Notes under the pieces: model-generated
What the model was told of the DNA's origin: nothing
Database searches by the model: none
Seen by the model: the letters and a program-made list of their open reading frames with translations, nothing else
In this document: one piece after another, positions 1 through 6,009 of the stretch
Numbering within the stretch: the stretch's first letter is position 1
Layout of the letters: each line of letters opens with the position of its first letter
IMG/VR virus record: IMGVR_UViG_3300033405_000012
Coordinates: 1 to 14,141 of that record
DNA length: 14,141 bases
Source of the DNA: a virus
Taxonomy: Duplodnaviria > Heunggongvirae > Uroviricota > Caudoviricetes
Reading direction: 5' to 3' (one strand)
Translations under genes and position numbers: made by a program

Positions 1-1073
1 ATGATTCCATATAGGCCGGCGAATCCATGTGTTGTCAGCCACCCGGAATTTGGCAGCTTGCCGCCATGCTTGGCGACGAGGCGCTTGGCGATTGCGACCC
101 ATTCCTGCGGCGTGCGTTTTTTCTTTTCCTGCGGGATGCCGGCGAAGAGCTTCGGACGCCTCCTCATGGCCTCAGAAAGGCTGGAAAAGCCGTGTGTTGT
201 CAGCCACCACGAATTTGGCAGCTTGCCGCCGTGCTTGGCGGCCAGGCGCTTGGCGATGTGGACGTGTTCCGTCACACTTTTATGCGCGCGCACCTGCACG
301 ATATGTGCAAACGTGCTGCGATTCTTTTGGATGACCGTGCAAAGCTGCCGGTGCCCGTGTTGCATGAGCCATTGATAATTGGGCAGTTTGCCGTGCTTCC
401 GTGCAAGTTGCTCGGCTTCTCGAACATATTTGGCAACGGTAGCCGCATGACGAGTTGATCGGGACGCGCGTGGCAGGTGGGCAAAGTGGTTAGGGTGGTC
501 TTTCATCGCCTCGAACAGGTTCTTCCGGCCGTGATTCGCAAGCCACCGAAAGCCTGGCACATGACCGTGAATCTTGGCTAGGCGCTCCGCGTCTTGGATA
601 TAAGCGGCCAGTAGTTCCTTTCGTCGCGGCGCTTGATGCAAGTGTGCGAAGGCACTGGGATGTTTCCGCAGGGCACGATAGATGTGTTCCTTGCCTATGC
701 GGATAAGCTGTGCAGGTAATTTGCCGCCGTTCGCTCTCGCAAGTTCTTCCGCCTCACGGACGCATTCCGCCAGGGACCGGCCGCGTTGGGGATGTTGTGG
801 AAGGTGCGCGAATGCCCCGGGATATTTCCAGAGCATGGCGGCCAGGGCTGGTTGACCGTGTTTGAGAAACCAGAAGCCTGTCGGCAGCGTACCGTGTTCC
901 CTGACGAAGTGTTCGGCGTCCTTGACATGCTCTAGCAGGCGTTTGCGGCATCGCGCCTGTGGAATGTGGGCGAATGCTTCAGGACGGCGGTTCTTGATGT
1001 CAACAAGATCACTGTAGCCATTTGCAAGAAGCCAGCTCAAAGGCGGCAATAGTCCTTTATACTTGCGTCTCAT
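1..1073 (-). CDS. Tandem ~55-aa helical-repeat protein, 3'-partial (runs off window; not in supplied ORF track)
   Basis: Manual translation from ATG 1073 gives 357 stop-free codons: MRRKYKGLLPPLSWLLANGYSDLVDIKNRRPEAFAHIPQ...RLLEHVKDAEHFVREHGTLPTGFWFLKHG...SVTEHVHIAKRLAAKHGGKLPNSWWLTTHGFSSLSEAMRRRPKLFAGIPQ...PQEWVAIAKRLVAKHGGKLPNSGWLTTHGFAGLYGI. At least 7 repeat units of 54-58 aa. Start codon uncertain (weak SD). Confidence 0.9.
   Translation of the reverse strand, partial: MRRKYKGLLPPLSWLLANGYSDLVDIKNRRPEAFAHIPQARCRKRLLEHVKDAEHFVREHGTLPTGFWFLKHGQPALAAMLWKYPGAFAHLPQHPQRGRSLAECVREAEELARANGGKLPAQLIRIGKEHIYRALRKHPSAFAHLHQAPRRKELLAAYIQDAERLAKIHGHVPGFRWLANHGRKNLFEAMKDHPNHFAHLPRASRSTRHAATVAKYVREAEQLARKHGKLPNYQWLMQHGHRQLCTVIQKNRSTFAHIVQVRAHKSVTEHVHIAKRLAAKHGGKLPNSWWLTTHGFSSLSEAMRRRPKLFAGIPQEKKKRTPQEWVAIAKRLVAKHGGKLPNSGWLTTHGFAGLYGI
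29..257. repeat. Direct repeat, 64-nt copies at 29-92 and 194-257 (period 165 nt = 55 codons)
   Basis: gtgttgtcagccacccggaatttggcagcttgccgccatgcttggcgacgaggcgcttggcgat vs gtgttgtcagccaccacgaatttggcagcttgccgccgtgcttggcggccaggcgcttggcgat; 59/64 identical. Confidence 0.95.
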
Positions 1074-1097
1074 GGCGTCGTTGTATCCACTGGCGTA

Positions 1098-1148
1098 TTG
1101 GTCGATTCGTTTCGACCAAGTGCCCGGAGGCTGGCCGGGCACTTGGTC
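1098..1148 (-). promoter_or_regulatory. Two overlapping inverted repeats (14-bp and 8-bp perfect stems), possible RNA switch or terminator
   Basis: GACCAAGTGCCCGG (1114-1127) pairs with CCGGGCACTTGGTC (1135-1148), 7-nt loop. TTGGTCGA (1098-1105) pairs with TCGACCAA (1112-1119), 6-nt loop. The two share 1114-1119. Function is inferred. Confidence 0.6.
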
Positions 1149-1163
1149 TTGAAGGTTGCGGGC

Positions 1164-1340
1164 TCACCGGGTTCTCCGTGAACGGTGTCGAAAGGCGTCC
1201 GGGCGCTTTTCGATGGCATTGGCAATTACGGGATAGTTTGCCTTCAGCCAGCTTGTGTCCTTCGGCAGCGCGATGTTGTTGGCCGCCAGGTGCTCGGCGG
1301 TGCGAACGTGCTCAGCCAGGGTTTTCGTGGAACGGGACAT
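1164..1340 (-). CDS. 58-aa protein consisting of a single copy of the ~55-aa repeat
   Basis: GGAG SD 8 nt before ATG 1340. MSRSTKTLAEHVRTAEHLAANNIALPKDTSWLKANYPVIANAIEKRPDAFRHRSRRTR matches the repeat consensus L.EHV..AE.LA...LP...WL.......A..K.P.AF.H. Confidence 0.75.
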   Translation of the reverse strand: MSRSTKTLAEHVRTAEHLAANNIALPKDTSWLKANYPVIANAIEKRPDAFRHRSRRTR

Positions 1341-1385
1341 GGTAGGAACTCCGGCGTTCCAGGTGGATGTCCGGCACAATGCCGA

Positions 1386-1630
1386 TCAGTTCTTAGGTGG
1401 AAAATGCGGGACGAAGGCGCGAACCGTGCTATTGGTAGGCACGGCGAATTCCTCAACGCCGTTCCGAAGTGCCAGGGCTTCGGCGCGGGCAATGTGCTCG
1501 TCAAGTGTTAGGGTGCTCCGGCCGAGAATCCGGCGCATGTCGGTGAAGGTGCTTGTCCCGCAGAGGCCCGAGGCCAGCGTCAGGAAGCCTTCGGACAGGT
1601 CCATTGTTTTGAGGACCTCGAAGGGGACTT
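1386..1630 (-). pseudogene. Frameshifted C-terminal continuation of the SF2 helicase
   Basis: Adding one base near 1627-1628 (GGC AAG [G]TC CCC TTC GAG) joins ...RRQRGK to VPFEVLKTMDLSEGFLTLASGLCGTSTFTDMRRILGRSTLTLDEHIARAEALALRNG...PKN* (TGA 1386-1388). This gives a ~618-aa product. Confidence 0.65.
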
Positions 1631-3241
1631 GCCGCGCTGCCGCCGGACGGTGTAAGCAAACCGTCGCCAGAGCCGTTCCCAAGTGGCCTTCCACCGTTCT
1701 TTCGGGATGCCATACTTGCTCAGCAGGCCGCGACATTGACGGTAGGCCGTCTCGTAGTCATGGTCGTGGACGGCGATGAAGAATTCTCGCTGGAATTCAA
1801 GAAAGGCGTTGCTGTCGGGGAACAGGTCGATCAACTTGTCCGAGTGGCGGTCGCGTGTGCGCCTGCTCCGTTTACACTTGGCGTCCGGTCCCGTGACGCT
1901 GATCGGCAGGAATACGTCCTCCAAGAGCATGGCCGCAAACATCACGGTAAGGATGCTGTTTTGCCGATCCTTGAAGTCCTTGCAGTTCGGCACGGCGGCC
2001 GGGAGCACCTGGTAGACTTCCGCGTGTTTCTTGCCGGGGCCGCGACGGAAGAGGCGGCCAATCATCTGAATCTTCTCGGGGATCGAGTACCGCTCGCCAA
2101 GAATGATGCAGCGCTGGGCGGAATCCCAGTCGAAACCTTCTTTGCAGGTGTCGAGCGCTAGGATGATGTCCACCTTCTTGCTCTTGTCCTCTTTGCTGCG
2201 GTCAAGGTAGTGTTTACGTGCGGCCCGGCCCTGCTCGGTCACAAGGTCAAGAATATGCAGGTGTCCGATACGAATGAGCCTCGCACCTGTCTCGGGGTCC
2301 GTGATTCGCTTGGCTGCCTTGTGGTAAAGTTGCGAAAGCTGCCGAATGATTTTTCGGACCTCCGTGTACTTGCAGGCTTCTGCATAACGGCTGTTGCGCT
2401 TGGCCAGATAGAGGATGGTGGACGCCTGCCGCCGGAAGATGCGTTTCAAGGCTTCCAGAGTGCTGCCGCAAATGACCCTGAACTCGAACGACTCGACAGG
2501 GGCGCACTCTCGAAAGTATTCCTCGTAGTCGATGTGGGCCTCCACGAATTGAGCTTCCCGCAGCGCGTCCGGGATGATGTGCCGCATGTCGCCGCGCTGG
2601 TAAGTGGCTGTGGCTAAGCCGACATGGGTGCCACGGTGGGCGGCAGCGTGCTTGACCAGTTCACCGAGCGCATTGCTGATCGTCTCGCGGCTGTTGACGA
2701 CTTGGGCGTTCATTACGTGGTGCCCTTCGTCAATCCAGACTAGCGTGTTCTTGAGCGCATCTAGTCGGTTGCTGCGCTTCAGTCGGCGATACGCTTGCGC
2801 CAGCGTGGCATGGGTACAAATGAGGATGCGGTCGGCGAGACTGATGGGCCGCCGGGTGAGAAAGCTGAGAAGCTCGTGGACCGTGTTGAGGGTGTACGGT
2901 TCACAGAGATTGTACTGTACCTCCCATCGGAGGCGTTCGGCGTGTCCCGGCACATGAAGCTGCCAGTCACGTCGGAAATTGCTGCCGATGGTGGTTTGCG
3001 GAACGGCGATAACGCAACGCAGACGTGGATCGCGCAGTAGCTTGGCCAGCGTCAGGATGCACATGGCGAGGCTCTTGCCCCACCCTGTAGGTGCTTCCAG
3101 AATCATGCAACGGGCGTCCTTGAGAACGCGGACCACCTTGTTCTGCGAATCCCGTAGCACGGGCTCGGCCGGCGGGGCGATTGGCGGGAGGGCAACACGA
3201 TCCCACCGGTGGGAAATCAGACGTTGTGTTTTCAGAGTCAT
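1580..3241 (-). CDS. Superfamily 2 (DExH-box) helicase, YeeB-like; apparent frameshift near C-terminus
   Basis: AAGGAGA SD before ATG 3241 (MTLKTQ). Walker A APTGWGKS, ILICTHATL, motif II DEGH, motif III TAT, KEGFDW, motif VI QMIGRLFR. The motifs IAVPQTTIG, YNLC, RGD, IILALDTCKEGFDW and MLLEDVFLP resemble the YeeB helicase family as I recall it (not searched). Confidence 0.9.
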   Translation of the reverse strand: MTLKTQRLISHRWDRVALPPIAPPAEPVLRDSQNKVVRVLKDARCMILEAPTGWGKSLAMCILTLAKLLRDPRLRCVIAVPQTTIGSNFRRDWQLHVPGHAERLRWEVQYNLCEPYTLNTVHELLSFLTRRPISLADRILICTHATLAQAYRRLKRSNRLDALKNTLVWIDEGHHVMNAQVVNSRETISNALGELVKHAAAHRGTHVGLATATYQRGDMRHIIPDALREAQFVEAHIDYEEYFRECAPVESFEFRVICGSTLEALKRIFRRQASTILYLAKRNSRYAEACKYTEVRKIIRQLSQLYHKAAKRITDPETGARLIRIGHLHILDLVTEQGRAARKHYLDRSKEDKSKKVDIILALDTCKEGFDWDSAQRCIILGERYSIPEKIQMIGRLFRRGPGKKHAEVYQVLPAAVPNCKDFKDRQNSILTVMFAAMLLEDVFLPISVTGPDAKCKRSRRTRDRHSDKLIDLFPDSNAFLEFQREFFIAVHDHDYETAYRQCRGLLSKYGIPKERWKATWERLWRRFAYTVRRQRGKSPSRSSKQWTCPKAS

Positions 3242-3254
3242 TTCACGTCTCCTT

Positions 3255-3273
3255 ACACTTTCCACATCAACGT
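3255..3273 (-). promoter_or_regulatory. Conserved 19-nt intergenic motif ACGTTGATGTGGAAAGTGT, copy 1
   Basis: Identical to 9494-9512. Lies immediately upstream of the helicase SD. Confidence 0.75.
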
Positions 3274-3302
3274 CCGTGTGGGCCGCCATAGGGAATCCGC
3301 GC

Positions 3303-3339
3303 AAAAAAACGCCGGCCCGGCATCGACAAGTGCCGCCGG
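3303..3339 (-). terminator. Probable Rho-independent terminator
   Basis: Minus strand CCGG-CGGCA-CTTGTCGA-TGCCG-GG-CCGG-CG-TTTTTTT: a bulged GC stem followed by T7, 36 nt after the stop of the 3375-3731 gene. Confidence 0.6.
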
Positions 3340-3374
3340 AGAGCGGGTTCAAGGGGTTGTGCGGATTGTGCGGC

Positions 3375-3731
3375 CTAGCGGCGGCGGCATCCAAGCCGTC
3401 CGTGACGGCAAGCGCAGCCGCGCCGCACCGGCCATGTCTCCATTGCCGATTCGACGGCAGCGGGCGGCCGGGCGATTTCAGCCGTCACTTCGACGGTTGC
3501 CACGCGGAAAGAAACCGGGAGCGGGGCCGCGGCAGTCGTGACGGGCGGTGGGGCCAGCGTGGGCAGGAGAGCGACGGGTGTGTCCGCGGCCCGCTCCGGG
3601 GCTGCTGATGGCTGAGGCAGGTCAGGCGGCGAGTGGTGAGCAGCCAAGACGCTCAGGGCCGCGACAAAGGCCATCAGCACAAGGAGAACAGCCCTGGCGG
3701 GCTGGAAGTTGGTGACGGCAGGCGTTCTCAT
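3375..3731 (-). CDS. Hypothetical exported/membrane-anchored protein (Pro/Ala-rich, basic Cys-containing tail)
   Basis: Hydrophobic N-terminal segment AVLLVLMAFVAALSVLAA, a Pro/Ala/Thr-rich linker and C-terminal RRGCACRHGRLGCRRR. Followed by a terminator. SD weak. Confidence 0.6.
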   Translation of the reverse strand: MRTPAVTNFQPARAVLLVLMAFVAALSVLAAHHSPPDLPQPSAAPERAADTPVALLPTLAPPPVTTAAAPLPVSFRVATVEVTAEIARPPAAVESAMETWPVRRGCACRHGRLGCRRR

Positions 3732-3829
3732 GGTGTTGCTACAGGGTCAGTGGGCTCTGGGGTTCAGGCTAAGATCAGCCGGGGCAACCATAGCGGGCTT
3801 CAAGGGAACTGGTGCTCAGAGGTGCCGCT

Positions 3830-4036
3830 TCATGCCGCTCCATACTCCACGATCACGCCGGGCAGTTCTTGCAGCCGGCGGAAGGCGGCCTTTCGCTGGG
3901 GGTCGTCGCCGGTGTAGACGAGCTTGAGCAGGTCCTTGGCGTCCAGGGCGGGCATCGGTATGTCCCGGCCCAAGACCGTCACAATGTCATCGCAATGGGC
4001 GTTTGCAATGGACCGGCTAATGTGGAGTACGGGCAT
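3830..4036 (-). CDS. Hypothetical protein (68 aa)
   Basis: AGAGGAAG SD before ATG 4036 (MPVLHISRSIAN...). Co-oriented with neighbours. Confidence 0.7.
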   Translation of the reverse strand: MPVLHISRSIANAHCDDIVTVLGRDIPMPALDAKDLLKLVYTGDDPQRKAAFRRLQELPGVIVEYGAA

Positions 4037-4073
4037 GTCTTCCTCTCGGTGGAAAGTGCAACGGTGTTGTCGA

Positions 4074-4517
4074 TCATGGGACGTGGTGCTCGTTGACCTC
4101 GTGGAGGATGTGGCGGATGTACCGGCGGGCCGACTTGAAGCGCAGCACCAGGGCACTGCCGAGGCAACCGCCGATGGCCATGCCGACGCCGGAGAGGGCT
4201 GAGTTGCCCAGGTTGACTAGCGTTGCGGTTCCGTGCATCACGGCGTAGGTGATGGCGGAGCCCGTGGCCCCGGCCACGACCAGCAGGGCCAGCGCCCCGG
4301 TGACAAACGCGATCAGACGCTTCATGGCGGACTCCCGCTGGGACGGTTGCAGGAAGAGACGCTCGCCCCAAGCACGAATCGTGTCGCGCACCAGGGGGCC
4401 GTGGTTGCTAGGCTCCAAGAGGACCGTGGCGGTGCGGCCGGCGTTCTCGATGGTCAGCCACAGGCCCTCGTCGTTTCTGGTCACGTCCACGGTCGCTTTT
4501 GCAGTCTCAACGGGCAT
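4074..4517 (-). CDS. Hypothetical protein with C-terminal transmembrane segments (147 aa; possible internal start at 4325)
   Basis: AAAGGAA SD before ATG 4517 (MPVETAK). Two hydrophobic helices follow MKRLIAF, which has its own GGGAG SD. Confidence 0.7.
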   Translation of the reverse strand: MPVETAKATVDVTRNDEGLWLTIENAGRTATVLLEPSNHGPLVRDTIRAWGERLFLQPSQRESAMKRLIAFVTGALALLVVAGATGSAITYAVMHGTATLVNLGNSALSGVGMAIGGCLGSALVLRFKSARRYIRHILHEVNEHHVP

Positions 4518-4539
4518 GTTGGATTCCTTTGCTTCGGGG

Positions 4540-4710
4540 TCACTCCAAGGGCGGCAGGGCAAGATCGCGGGCGATCTTCGCAGCCAGCTTGTGCTCCAAG
4601 GTGTCGAGCCCTTCGCTGGCCGCGATGTCGTAGAGATACTCGTAGACGCGACGCGCTTCGGTCGCGCTGAGGACCACGATCACGCTTCCGTCAATGTCCG
4701 TACTCGGCAT
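4540..4710 (-). CDS. Hypothetical protein (56 aa)
   Basis: GGAGG SD before ATG 4710 (MPSTDIDGSVIVVLSATEARRVYEYL...). Confidence 0.7.
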   Translation of the reverse strand: MPSTDIDGSVIVVLSATEARRVYEYLYDIAASEGLDTLEHKLAAKIARDLALPPLE

Positions 4711-4790
4711 CAAACCAGCCTCCGCTCGTAGGATGTGGAAACGGCCATCCGTGGCCAGTACAAAGGCAGCACCGGGCACAACCCTGCCTG

Positions 4791-5180
4791 CTATTGGGCC
4801 GTGGATGGCTCGCTCGTGGCGGCGGGACGCAGCTTGCGCCACACCCGCTGCTCCAGGCGCGGGGCACGAAGCGTCTTGAAGACCCGCGTCAAGGCGGCGG
4901 TCGCGGCATCCTCGGCCTTCTTCAACTCGGTCAGGGCCAAGGTGACGATCCCCGCGGCCTCCACGCCGACCGACACGTCGGCGAGGATCGCCTGCTTATC
5001 GGTGCTGCTGGCCCACTTGGCGTCATTGGCCGTGTGCAGGGCGGTCAACAGGCTTTGCAGCTTCTCGCGGGCCTCGGCAAGCGTCTGCGGCGGGTTGCCT
5101 TCCAGGTCGTTGACGAGACGCTCGACGACTTGGGCCGGCGTGTTCTTGGCGAGTTCTGAGGTACGGCTGGAATCGGACAT
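4791..5180 (-). CDS. Hypothetical alpha-helical protein (129 aa)
   Basis: GGAG SD before ATG 5180 (MSDSSRTSELAK). Ala/Leu/Glu-rich heptad-like composition. Confidence 0.75.
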   Translation of the reverse strand: MSDSSRTSELAKNTPAQVVERLVNDLEGNPPQTLAEAREKLQSLLTALHTANDAKWASSTDKQAILADVSVGVEAAGIVTLALTELKKAEDAATAALTRVFKTLRAPRLEQRVWRKLRPAATSEPSTAQ

Positions 5181-5221
5181 GGTAGCGATCTCCAAGGGGG
5201 TTAAAGGTGACAAGTAGAAGT

Positions 5222-5252
5222 GGTGCCGCCGTCGATCAACGCGCCCGGCACC
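5222..5252 (-). terminator. Possible weak hairpin/terminator
   Basis: GGTGCCG (5222-5228) pairs with CGGCACC (5246-5252), 17-nt loop, followed on the minus strand by ACTTCTACTTGT. No strong U-tract. Confidence 0.3.
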
Positions 5253-5328
5253 GTGGGCTTATTCCAACCAGGGGTCAGGAGCGTTTGGGTCTGGTTGCTT
5301 GACGGGCTCTTGACGGCTTACCCGAAAA

Positions 5329-6009
5329 CTAGGACGAGTGGTTGTGGCCGGTTAGGGCCTCATTGATGAACATGGCGTCCCATGCCACGGTGCGGTCCAG
5401 GATGTAGCCGTGGGGCTCCAGGATGCGCCGCAATCGCATCAGTTCGCCGGCATCTTCGCGGTACTCCACGGTCAGGCAGCGGAAGCGGTGGGTCGGACAA
5501 CCGTAGCGGAAGAATTCTCCCAAGACTGTGACTTCGGCCCCTTCGATGTCGAGCGAGAAGTAGTCGATGACCCCTGGTGCCTTGCTGAGCGCCAGCAGGT
5601 CCGCGAGCCTGATGGTCGTGACCCAGATCTCCTCGGCACGCCGATGCTCGTGTTCCCGACGCCAGGCGTCCGGCAGGAAAGCCGTCAGGCCGCCCCACTG
5701 GCCGCCACGAGTGAATCGCACCGTGCTGTCGCTGGTGCAACTCAAGGCGCGGGTGACGTGCTGACAATTCGGCCGGTTGTCGCGGGCCCGCTTGCTCAGG
5801 TCGGGGTCTGCCTCCACCAACAGGCCGGTCCAATCGAAATGATGCTCCAAAGCCAGCGTGTTGCTGTGCTGGAAACCGTCGTTGATGCCGCACTCCACGA
5901 AATAGCCGCCGGTCAGGCCGCGAAGGGTCTCAATCACCCACTCGTCCTGCCGGGTGGCTGGCTGGGAAGCAAGCATCACGTCTCGGTTAAAGAGCCGGCG
6001 GGTTCGCAT
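5329..6009 (-). CDS. FkbM-family (Methyltransf_21-like) SAM-dependent methyltransferase
   Basis: SQ...QDEWV, GYFVECGINDG...SNTLALE...WTGLLVEAD, IDYFSLDIEGAE and LTVEY motifs. ATG 6009 overlaps the TGA of the upstream exonuclease (TGATG). Confidence 0.9.
   Translation of the reverse strand: MRTRRLFNRDVMLASQPATRQDEWVIETLRGLTGGYFVECGINDGFQHSNTLALEHHFDWTGLLVEADPDLSKRARDNRPNCQHVTRALSCTSDSTVRFTRGGQWGGLTAFLPDAWRREHEHRRAEEIWVTTIRLADLLALSKAPGVIDYFSLDIEGAEVTVLGEFFRYGCPTHRFRCLTVEYREDAGELMRLRRILEPHGYILDRTVAWDAMFINEALTGHNHSS

Noticed and set aside
29-257. Direct repeats as a CRISPR array
   Set aside because: Repeats are 64 nt with a 165-nt (55-codon) period and lie within an ORF. There are only two near-identical copies and no cas genes. 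The PD-(D/E)XK protein lacks Cas4 Fe-S cysteines.
3375-3500. Three small GCCG/CGGC-type hairpins (gccgtc-cgt-gacggc, tgccg-attcga-cggca, gccgtc-acttc-gacggt) as an ncRNA or attC-like array
   Set aside because: The stems are short, in very GC-rich sequence inside a plausible ORF, irregularly spaced, and lack attC RYYYAAC/GTTRRRY ends.
4743-4789. Two short hairpins after the 4791 stop as a terminator
   Set aside because: The 5-6 bp stems have only a TTTGT tail, too weak to call.
5285-5328. GTCAAG/ACCAG words reminiscent of IS200/IS605 omegaRNA (HEARO) 5' ends
   Set aside because: No extended match or structure, and no IscB, TnpB or HNH gene nearby.
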